This document shows positions 1 to 8,039 of a DNA stretch of 17,000 nucleotides, one piece after another; position 1 is the first letter of the stretch, and the number at the start of each line of letters is the position of its first letter. Under the pieces are notes generated by a model. It ran no database searches and was not told the DNA's origin. It saw nothing but the letters and a program-made list of their open reading frames with translations. Position numbers and translations under genes: made by a program. Origin of the DNA: Takakia lepidozioides (Eukaryota; Plantae; Bryophyta); assembly GCA_030704615.1 (NCBI GenBank), contig JAKLZA010000182.1, positions 1 to 17,000 on the forward strand, given 5' to 3'.

Positions 1-494
1 TCGCTTACTCACTAGTTTTTGGTCACCAACGGGCTTGCCACCGTTCTCGGTTACTACTCCCCTTATATACTTCTGTAGCTGTCCGCGGGGTTTCACAACC
101 AGCCATGCCATTTTATGGTGAACCACCACGAAACCCTCGACTCCCGGTGGTGAGTCGCGGTGAGTCTTGGCCCACTCACCGCGGCCCCAATGGACCGTGA
201 TGAGTCCCAAGACTCCCCACGACTCCCACCTCGAGGTCTCCACCCCCATGGTGAGTCCTATGCCACCCCCCCACTAAGTCCCACTAAGCTACCACCCCCC
301 TTGTGGAGCCACCTCCACCGCAACCCGGTGTGCGGGGCTCCACCTAGTGAGCGCCTCCGCCTCCTTGAGTGCCTTGGGCACTCAAGGGTGTTTCTTCCAG
401 CCCCCGTACCTATCGCTGCTACTACTGCCCCCACCACAGGGGCAGCCCCTCTTGTGTCCCGACCTCCCTGCCCTCAAGGCAAAGGGCCGCGACA
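1..494 (-). mobile_element. Partial LTR (U3/TATA end) of a second copy of the same retrotransposon family, inverted, truncated by the window edge
   Basis: Reverse complement of 1-494 aligns to 1796-2283. The terminus gggccgcgaca at 484-494 is the reverse complement of the LTR start TGTCGCGGCCC. It carries several substitutions and small indels relative to the two LTRs of the full element. No hairpin/PPT adjoins it, so it is a 5' or solo LTR. Confidence 0.95.
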
Positions 495-1496
495 CATCCT
501 CTGCTTCTGTCAGCTCAATGGGCCACCCTTCTGCAGATCCGACTCCGACATCTCCAATCTCCATCTGCCTCCACCGCCTCCGTGTTTTTTATGAAACTGC
601 CTGCAAACCCATATCTCCCTTCCAGTCTCCCTAGTGGGTTTTACTTGCAAAGCCATGGGCTCCTTCTTCTTCCTCGACTCTCCGACTCTAGGTGGCTTTC
701 TGAGGCGATATCTGAGGTGTTGAATGAGGACTCGCGCCGCCTCGATGCAACTTTCAACCTTGTGAGCGCAGCACCCGGGCAGGAGTATCCAAAGTTGACT
801 ACGTTGCCTCGCCCCCCTGCGATCCCTCCCCAGCTCCCTGGCAACAACAGAAACATGAGACACTGCAGGCCAAAAAAATGGTAAAGGAATAGTGCGGATG
901 GAGTGCTTCAATCCGCGAAGCACGAATCTCTCACTGGTGGGCGATCCGAGTCTCCAGATACACTGTCTTCTGCATTTCCTGCATGAGAGAGCTTAATGTC
1001 GTGTCGTCGGCGGCTTCCCAAAATCCCGCGTACCTCCTCTTTGCTGAGTCGCTTGAGCTTCCACAAACTCTATGCTATCACTATGCTGCATAGGAGAGGA
1101 AACGCAGGAGAATGTCACTGGCAGAAGGGCAAGGAGCGAGAGAGCAAGTGGTGGAAACATGCAACCACTATGCACGAGCAGATGCGTAAGCAGCCACGTC
1201 CCGGAAACGTTGCCACGCGTTTTTTTCCACTCACTTTCTGCCATATGGTGGATGAAGAGATTGGAACCCCTGACACGTTCGCACGGATGAATCGACTGGA
1301 AGCGATGCGTGCCTTTTCAAGCCACCAGTACAGACGCTTATTCGAATTGCGCACCGAAATACCTTTCCGTCACCGATCTGTTTCCCGGAGCAGCCGCATT
1401 GAATGACACTATCCGCTCATCTGAACCCAACCGCCATGAAAAATCCCAGCCTATGACATTCAACATCATGTGGCGGACCTTCATCAGCGGAACGGA

Positions 1497-1760
1497 TGAA
1501 TTTCGCGCGCCGACATTCATCGTATGGAAGTGCTTTGAATGCACAACTTAATGATTTCGCGCCGCAATTCATCGGCTTTCCCGTCCTCATCCATCTGATG
1601 AACCTGTCAGTCGGATATCAGAGCCGGAATTAATTCCGGGACACGTGGAGACGTCTGCACTTGGGCACATTTCATCATATTTCGGCGCCGAAATTCATTC
1701 GAATATCCCGTCCGCGAGTAGACGAGTGAATCAATCCATATTTCAGCGCCGAAATTCACC
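1497..1760. repeat. Cluster of imperfect palindromes, consensus ~GAATTTCGGCGCCGAAATTC
   Basis: Copies at ~1498-1521, 1553-1573, 1679-1700 and 1740-1760; perfect palindrome CCGGAATTAATTCCGG at 1624-1639. Confidence 0.7.
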
Positions 1761-1795
1761 CGCGGAAGACTAAATCGGCACCATGCTACGCTTTG

Positions 1796-2518
1796 TGTCG
1801 CGGCCCTTTGCCTTGAGGGCAGGGGGTCGGGACACATGAGGGGCTGCCCCTGTGGTGGGGGCAGCGGCAGCGATAGGTATGGGGGGCTGAAGCACCCTTG
1901 AGTGCCCAAGGCACTCAAGGAGGCGGAGGCGCTCACTAGGTGGAGCCCCGCACACCGGGTTGCGGTGGAGGTGGCTCCACAAGGGGTGGTGGTAGCTTAG
2001 TGGGACTTAGTGGGGGTGGCATAGGACTCACCATGGGGTGGAGACCTCGAGGTGGGAGTCGTGGGGAGTCTTGGGACTCATCACGGTCCATTGGGGCCGC
2101 GGTGAGTGGGCCAAGACTCACCGCGACTCACCACCGGGAGTCGAGGGTTTTCGTGGTGGTTCGCCATAAAATGGCATGGCTGGTTATGAAACCCCCGCGG
2201 ACAGCTACAGAAGTATATATAGGGAGTAGTAACCCCGAGAACGGTGCAAGCCCGTTGGTGACCAAAAACTAGTGAGTAAGCGAGCGAGCCGGAAAGCGAC
2301 CAAAGAGTGGGGAGCTGTTCCGGACTGCCATCTACCAAAGGGAATTCTCCTAGTCCCAAATAGGTGGAGGGTTTAGAGGGAAGCGAAGGGGACCGTTATG
2401 TCCCGGTGAGCAGCCGAAGCTCCAAGTTGGCCCGGCGGCCAGGTTGGGAGTCAGGCGCGCGCATCAAAGCGAGTAACTATGACTTGAAGGGGAGCTTACC
2501 GAAGTGAGGTGCGCGACA
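1796..2518 (+). repeat. 5' LTR (723 bp)
   Basis: Begins TGTCGCG and ends CGCGACA (7 bp terminal inverted repeat). The PBS follows after 2 nt. Direct repeat of 8040-8763. Confidence 0.96.
2214..2221 (+). promoter_or_regulatory. Probable TATA box of the 5' LTR promoter (also 8458-8465 in the 3' LTR and ~63-69 on the minus strand)
   Basis: TATATATA followed by GGGAG is the only strong TATA-like run in a GC-rich LTR. Confidence 0.65.
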
Positions 2519-2520
2519 CT

Positions 2521-2532
2521 TGGTATCAGAGC
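2521..2532 (+). other. Primer binding site for initiator tRNA-Met
   Basis: TGGTATCAGAGC 2 nt downstream of the 5' LTR; canonical plant iMet PBS. Confidence 0.95.
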
Positions 2533-2573
2533 TTAGAGTTCAGTACGCGATCGTCCTTGGGATTGGCCTCATC

Positions 2574-3653
2574 ATGGGGTCGGGCAAGCCGAAGCGAAAG
2601 CGGAACGGCCCAAAAGATGATGATCCCGGTGAGCCCGATGGGGGCGACGTGTCACCGAGGCGGCCGTTTGAGGAAGCGATTAATGTTTCCGAAAACGAGG
2701 CCGCTCAGGAGCGGGAGGAATCCGAGGAGTCGGAGCCCGAGGAATCTTTGAGAGCTCCGACAAACCAAGAGATGCCTCCCATGCCGGCAGCCTTTTGGGA
2801 AGGGTTGTTGGCGCAGTTTGGCGGGACGTTGAAAGACGTGTTGAAGGCGGCTAATGCCACTTCCACTAAGGCAAAGTTTAAGGTGAAGCCTAAGGAACCC
2901 GGCACCTTCGAGGGCGTTCGAAATCGGAAGGCACTCAACACCTGGCTCCTGGAGCTAGAGCAGTACTTCCGGGCGGCCAAGTTGAGTGACGAGGATCGGG
3001 TGGAAGTGGCTCCCACCTATTTGAGGGGCTATGCTCAACAATGGTGGCAGAAACGCCTTCACGACCGAGGCCCAAGCCCGGAAACCTTGAACTGGAGTGG
3101 GTTCAAGGAATTGATGAAGAGACAGTTTGTGCCCCTCAACGCGTCCTGGCTTGCCCGGGACAAGATGAGGAATTTGAAGCAAACAGATGACATTCGGGGG
3201 TATGTCCAGGCTTTCAATGTGCTGTTGCTCGAAGTCGCGGACATGGCAGAACCAGAAATGGTCTTCAACTTTGTGGCGGGACTGGCCCCATGGGCTAGGC
3301 GGAAGTTGGAGGAGAAGCCACCCAAGACTTTGAACGAGGCAATTGAGAGAGCTGAATGTTTCTCGGATGTCCCTAGGGGTGAGAGACAAGGCCGTACGGA
3401 GCTGAACCACAAGAAGACCCGGCGGGAAGGTGACTCCTCCGACCGGAAAAGAAGTGGGATAGGCCACGCGGCGAAAATGGCACGTGGAAATCGAAGGGAG
3501 GGCCTTCACACGTCAAGGCGGCACCCGGTGCTTCGAAAGGAAAAGCGGGTGGAGCGGCTTATGGCGGACAGAAGGCGACCTTTGATGGAGTGTGTTTCAA
3601 TTGCGGGGAGCCCGGGCACATGGCCAAGAAGTGCACGAAGCCCCGGCAATTGA
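2574..3653 (+). CDS. gag: Gag (retrotransposon capsid domain); the biological frame probably shifts near 3447-3450 into the zinc-knuckle frame
   Basis: First ATG after the PBS is at 2574. Retrotransposon Gag-like motifs: TFEG..., YLRGYAQQWW, WSGFKELMKRQF, LKQTDDIRGYVQAF. The -1 frame is open from 3434 to the CCHC motif. Confidence 0.9.
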   Translation: MGSGKPKRKRNGPKDDDPGEPDGGDVSPRRPFEEAINVSENEAAQEREESEESEPEESLRAPTNQEMPPMPAAFWEGLLAQFGGTLKDVLKAANATSTKAKFKVKPKEPGTFEGVRNRKALNTWLLELEQYFRAAKLSDEDRVEVAPTYLRGYAQQWWQKRLHDRGPSPETLNWSGFKELMKRQFVPLNASWLARDKMRNLKQTDDIRGYVQAFNVLLLEVADMAEPEMVFNFVAGLAPWARRKLEEKPPKTLNEAIERAECFSDVPRGERQGRTELNHKKTRREGDSSDRKRSGIGHAAKMARGNRREGLHTSRRHPVLRKEKRVERLMADRRRPLMECVSIAGSPGTWPRSARSPGN

Positions 3654-4462
3654 ACATGACTCGGGCGACCACGGAGCTGTCGGAAGATACCATCAGTCGC
3701 TTGGTGGAAGCGGTGGTCGCCAGGACTTGCAAGGTAGGCAAATTTTCTTGTGAGTTGTATCAGGAAACTGGCGCCTTACGAAAAGGGAGTCAGTTATTGT
3801 TCGTGGATGGGATAATATCCGGAACTAATGTGTCGTTGTTGGTGGACACAGGAGCGTCGCACTCCTTCATGACGCCGGCGGCGGCGCGAAAGTTGGGACT
3901 CCCGACAAGTGACGTGGGGGCCTCTATTGAGGTGCGCTCTGCCAAAGGAGAACCTCAGTTGGCGACAAGGTTGGCGTTTGATGTTCCTCTTCAACTGGGG
4001 AGTTGGGAGGGACGTGAGAACTTCACTATCTGCGAGATCGATGGAGTGGATCTCATTTTGGGAATGACCTTTTTGAGCAAATCCGGAGCGGTCATAGATG
4101 GCCGCAAGAGAGTAGTCACGCTGCCATGTGGGAATGGTGGCGAGGTTTTACGAGTGTCGGAAACGCCCAAATCCGTGGGAGGGCGAATAAACCTTCTGTC
4201 AGCAAAGGAGTGGGCCGTGGAGGAGGCACACGAGTCCCAGTTTTTGCTTTACATTAGAGAAGTGAAAGGAGAAGGCGATGGGGAGCCGAGCCCAGATTGG
4301 ATCAAGGGGATTTTGGAGAAATACCAGGATGTGATGCCGGAGGATTTACCAAGCGGCTTGCCACCGCGAAGAGGAGTTGACCACAAAATTGAGGTGATAC
4401 CGGGATCGGAACCGCCTGCCAAGGCGCCCTACCGGTTGAGCCACAAGAGTTGGTCGAGCTGA
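3590..4462 (+). CDS. pol: Gag-Pol segment: CCHC zinc knuckle, aspartic protease and linker to RT
   Basis: [14 protein letters not shown] at 3593-3634; [11 protein letters not shown] active site (D at 3845); DLILGMTFL; [16 protein letters not shown]...PYRLS. Confidence 0.92.
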   Translation: MCFNCGEPGHMAKKCTKPRQLNMTRATTELSEDTISRLVEAVVARTCKVGKFSCELYQETGALRKGSQLLFVDGIISGTNVSLLVDTGASHSFMTPAAARKLGLPTSDVGASIEVRSAKGEPQLATRLAFDVPLQLGSWEGRENFTICEIDGVDLILGMTFLSKSGAVIDGRKRVVTLPCGNGGEVLRVSETPKSVGGRINLLSAKEWAVEEAHESQFLLYIREVKGEGDGEPSPDWIKGILEKYQDVMPEDLPSGLPPRRGVDHKIEVIPGSEPPAKAPYRLSHKSWSS

Positions 4463-5388
4463 AGACTCAGCTCAAGGATCTAATGTCAAAGGGGTACATC
4501 CGGCCGAGTAAGTCACCTTACGGAGCCCCGGTGCTATTTGCAGACAAGAAGGATGGGACGCTGCGGATGTGTGTCGATTACAGGGCTCTGAATAAGGTGA
4601 CTATCAAAAACCGGTACCCTTTGCCAAGGATCGACGACCTCTTCGATCGGTTGGCAGGAGCGAAGTATTTCAGCCGGATCGACTTGCGCTCCGGCTATCA
4701 CCAAATTCGGGTGGCGGAAGGAGATGAGGAGAAGACCGCGTGCAGGACAAGGTATGGTTCATATGAGTTCTTGGTGATGCCTTTTGGGCTCACCAATGCA
4801 CCAGCGACATTTAGCACGCTGATGAACAGCCTTTTCCAGGAGTGGTTGGATGACTTTGTGATCGTGTACATCGACGACATCTTGGTGTACTCGAAAACAA
4901 AGGAGGAGCACCTGGAGCACCTCAAAAGGGTGTTCCAAAAATTGCGAGAAGGGAAGCTGTATGCCAAAGCTTCAAAGTGCGAATTCGGGGTCACAAAAGT
5001 GGAGTTCTTGGGGCATGTGATTACACAGGATGGGATCAAAATGGATGACAGAAAGGTGAGGGCGATCTTGGACTGGGAGCCTCCGACTTCGGTCCCGGGA
5101 GTGCGATCCTTCCTAGGACTCGCCTCCTATTACCGGAAGTATGTGAGAAATTTCGCCAAGATCGCGGGGCCGCTGTCGGACCTTCTGTGTAAATCCAAAG
5201 TCTGGGTATGGAACACATTTTGTGGCCAAGCTTTTGCTGAATTGAAGCAGCGGATGACGGAAGCTCCAGTCTTAAAATCCCGGAGTTCGATCGTCCGTTT
5301 GAGATTCATACAGATGCATCGGACTTCGCAATTGGGGGTGTACTTATGCAAGATGGACGTCCAGTGGCTTACGAAAGTAAGAAACTGA
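4450..5388 (+). CDS. pol: Pol segment: reverse transcriptase (shifts into the RNase H frame near 5274-5277)
   Basis: [53 protein letters not shown] (Y at 4867), [15 protein letters not shown]. Confidence 0.96.
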   Translation: MVELKTQLKDLMSKGYIRPSKSPYGAPVLFADKKDGTLRMCVDYRALNKVTIKNRYPLPRIDDLFDRLAGAKYFSRIDLRSGYHQIRVAEGDEEKTACRTRYGSYEFLVMPFGLTNAPATFSTLMNSLFQEWLDDFVIVYIDDILVYSKTKEEHLEHLKRVFQKLREGKLYAKASKCEFGVTKVEFLGHVITQDGIKMDDRKVRAILDWEPPTSVPGVRSFLGLASYYRKYVRNFAKIAGPLSDLLCKSKVWVWNTFCGQAFAELKQRMTEAPVLKSRSSIVRLRFIQMHRTSQLGVYLCKMDVQWLTKVRN

Positions 5389-7133
5389 ATGAAGTGGAGC
5401 GACGGTGGCCGACGCACGAAAAAGAGATGAAGGCGGTGGTGCATTGCCTTGAACTCTGGCGCCACTATGTTGGTTCCAACCCAGTGAAGGTGTTCACGGA
5501 CAATGTCACGGTGAAGTATTTTGCCACGCAGCCCAAGTTGTCCCCAAAACAACTTAGGTGGCAAGATACTTTGGCAGTGTTCGACGTGGATATCCAGTAC
5601 AAACCGGGACGGGACAATGTGGTGGCCGATGCTTTAAGTAGAAAGCAGCAGCTCTTGTTGGTGTACAAGGGCGAGACGGCGCTCCAAAGGAAGATCCGGA
5701 AGGCTTGCCGGAAGGATGAGCTGGCAAAGTGCGTGATGCAGAACTTGAGAATGGGGGTTAAATCGCAGTTCCACTTGCAAAACGGACTGCTCCGGTATAA
5801 GCAAAAACGTCTCTATGTGCCAAAGGGAGGGATCAGGGATAGTCTCTTGAGAGAATGCCATGATAGCCCGCTTGCGGGCCACGGTGGAGCCAAGCGCACT
5901 GCGGCACTCTTGAAGAAAGAGTATTTCTGGCCCAAACTGAGGGAGGAGGCAGAGGAGTATGTCAAGACATGCACCACATGCCAACAAAACCGGAGCGAGT
6001 ACAAAAAGCAAGCGGGGCTGTTACAACCCTTGCCGATTCCAGAGGGGACTTGGGAAAGCGTCTCGATGGATTTCATGACTGCTATGCCGCTGTCAAAAGG
6101 ATTCGATGCAATCATGGTGGTGGTAGATAGGTTCAGTAAAATGGCCCATTTCATCCCCACCAAGGAGACGGCAACGGCGCAGGAGACAGGGCGACTTTAC
6201 TTCGCCCACGTCTTAAAGCATCATGGAGTCCCGAAGGATATTGTCTCGGACCGCGATCCAAAGTTTACGAGTAAATTCTGGAGAGCACTTTGGAAGAAGA
6301 TGGGGACGAGGCTGAAGATGAGCACCGCCTTCCGACCTACGACGGACGGCCAAACGGAAAGAGTGAATTCCGTAGTGAAGCAATTCTTGCGGAATTACGT
6401 GTCGGCAGACCAATCAGACTGGATGGAACACTTAGACGCGGCAGAGTTCTGTTATAATAACACAGAACACTCCGCGACGGGAGTTTCCCCTTTTGTGTTG
6501 GTCTATGGAAAAGCACCTCTGGTGCCGACAAGTTGGGCCGCCCAGGACGTTGAGGAACCGGCAGTAGCGGCGGTACTGGAAGAACGCGAGCGTTTGTTGA
6601 AGCTCGCAAAGTACAACATTGCCAAAGCTAGGAAACGGTATGAAAGGCAGGCGAATCGGAAGCGGAGGGAAGTGAAGTTTGAGGCAGGCACAGAGGTCTG
6701 GTTGAACATCAAGAATTTTCGACTACCTCCGGAAGTGAGTCCGAAGTTCGTACCTCCGTATGCGGGTCCCTTTCGCATTCGGAGGGTTATGAATGAGGAT
6801 GTGTATGAATTGGAGCTGCCGGCAAACAGCAAGGTGCACCCAGTATTCCATGTCTCCCTTTTGAAGCCTTACTTCAAAGATGAAGCACGTCCGAATCGGC
6901 ATCAAGTGTTGCGTCCGCCACCTATGCTGTTGGATCATGAAAATGAACCTGAGTACGAGGTGGAGGCAATACTTAAGTCGAGGAGGTTCAAGAACCGAGA
7001 AACGGAGTATCTCGTCAAATGGAAGGGCTATCATCTTGTGGAGGCATCTTGGGTGCGTGCCTCAGAAATGGGAAACGCATCCGAGGCAGTTGCAGCGTTC
7101 GAAGGGCGACCTCAAAAGCGGAAGAAGCGTTGA
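5346..7133 (+). CDS. pol: Pol segment: RNase H C-terminal part, integrase (HHCC, DDE core, GPY/F-type region) and chromodomain
   Basis: NVVADALSR; HDSPLAGH...CTTC; [30 protein letters not shown]; [18 protein letters not shown]; C-terminal chromodomain; stop TGA at 7131-7133. Confidence 0.96.
   Translation: MQDGRPVAYESKKLNEVERRWPTHEKEMKAVVHCLELWRHYVGSNPVKVFTDNVTVKYFATQPKLSPKQLRWQDTLAVFDVDIQYKPGRDNVVADALSRKQQLLLVYKGETALQRKIRKACRKDELAKCVMQNLRMGVKSQFHLQNGLLRYKQKRLYVPKGGIRDSLLRECHDSPLAGHGGAKRTAALLKKEYFWPKLREEAEEYVKTCTTCQQNRSEYKKQAGLLQPLPIPEGTWESVSMDFMTAMPLSKGFDAIMVVVDRFSKMAHFIPTKETATAQETGRLYFAHVLKHHGVPKDIVSDRDPKFTSKFWRALWKKMGTRLKMSTAFRPTTDGQTERVNSVVKQFLRNYVSADQSDWMEHLDAAEFCYNNTEHSATGVSPFVLVYGKAPLVPTSWAAQDVEEPAVAAVLEERERLLKLAKYNIAKARKRYERQANRKRREVKFEAGTEVWLNIKNFRLPPEVSPKFVPPYAGPFRIRRVMNEDVYELELPANSKVHPVFHVSLLKPYFKDEARPNRHQVLRPPPMLLDHENEPEYEVEAILKSRRFKNRETEYLVKWKGYHLVEASWVRASEMGNASEAVAAFEGRPQKRKKR
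6951..7103 (+). other. Integrase C-terminal chromodomain (group I type)
   Basis: [11 protein letters not shown]...EYLVKWKGY...ASWV, with the three aromatic-cage positions (Y, W, Y) present. Confidence 0.9.
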
Positions 7134-8039
7134 TGGGGACATCAACCTTGGAGCGTGGGGGAGGAAATGCATGCTTAGCCCGGTTTAGCTAGCTCAGGAA
7201 TCCGATTGCAAAAACTTGTATTGTACAAAAATTTGTTATAAAGGAAATGGGTTCCAAATATTGTGCGTCCTATTGTGTTTGGAATGGTGATGCATGGTGT
7301 GGTTGGCTAGTGTGTAGAATGCATGCTAGCTTACAAAAGTGGGAGAGGTAAATTGGGTTAATCGTGTGTTTGCGCAGTGCCGAAATCGGGTGACTCCCAT
7401 CCAAGGGGCAAGGAAACTTGCGCCTTCTTTGGGAGTTCACGTGCTAGTGCGCACCTGGCGCGTGCGCGTACTATAACTGCGCTACCGAGGGGGTTGCCTT
7501 GTAGTGCGGGCTAACGCGGAAGCTACGTGCTTCCGTTCACGTACTATAATCGTGTAGCCTCGGGACGAAGTCGTAGTGCGGCTTCGGCGTGTTCCCGTAC
7601 CTCAGGCCAGCATTCCAAGGCGGACCCAATTGTAGTGATTGGGGCGCACGGTTGGTTCAAGGTTATCTTCCTAGTCAAAGAGGGTTCCAGGTGAACCCTT
7701 GCTCAAGGTGATGCCAAAAGCGGCATCATGAGCGATCGCAAGCAATGTTGTTGCAGTAAGGCGATTCGATCCTCGGGGAGGATCGTTCCTTGGCCTTGAA
7801 GTAGGCCAAGAAGAGTGCACTGGGAGGAGCTGGAGAGGCTCCACCCTTGGCCGGGACTTGGAGGAAGTCGGCCGAACTAGCTAGTGGAGAGTAGAGTCAA
7901 GTGTGGGGTTTGGTTCTTTGCCATGGGACGCCATGGTACGGAAACAAACTCCTTGATGTGGGACGCCACAACTTGGATGTTCGTTTCTACAAAATGGACA
8001 AGTCGATGAGGACATCGACTCCCTGTTGGTAGGGGTGTG
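7134..8039 (+). other. Long non-coding 3' region of the retrotransposon, densely structured
   Basis: No ORF of 60 aa or more lies wholly within it. More than 12 consecutive stem-loops between 7390 and 7875 (listed under findings). Confidence 0.7.
8001..8039 (+). other. Hairpin plus G-rich polypurine-tract-like element preceding the 3' LTR
   Basis: AGTCGATG-agga-CATCGACT stem (8001-8020), then GGTAGGGG (8028-8035) just before the LTR. Confidence 0.7.

Noticed and set aside
1595-1640. Hammerhead ribozyme (CTGATGA at 1595)
   Set aside because: No stem II followed by GAAA and no closing stems. No hammerhead core was seen in the LTRs or the 3' region.
1794-1795. LTR starting 2 nt earlier (all three LTR starts are preceded by TG)
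   Set aside because: The 7 bp terminal inverted repeat supports 1796, and shifting the boundary does not produce a TSD. It may be chance or a mild target bias.
160-2359. Pro/Gly-rich ORFs such as MSLGPLTAAP..., MSASASLS..., MEPRTPG... (also at 7877-8603)
   Set aside because: They are translations of the GC-rich LTR in several frames, mostly from non-ATG starts, with no domains.
2574-2603. N-myristoylation plus polybasic signal on Gag (MGSGKPKRKR)
   Set aside because: Pro at position 6 is unfavourable for N-myristoyltransferase; an NLS-like basic patch is at least as likely.
3434-3653. Programmed -1 ribosomal frameshift between gag and pol
   Set aside because: The shift lies upstream of the Gag zinc knuckle, I saw no canonical slippery heptamer, and equivalent -1 shifts occur at the RT and RNase H boundaries. 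Indel error is more parsimonious.
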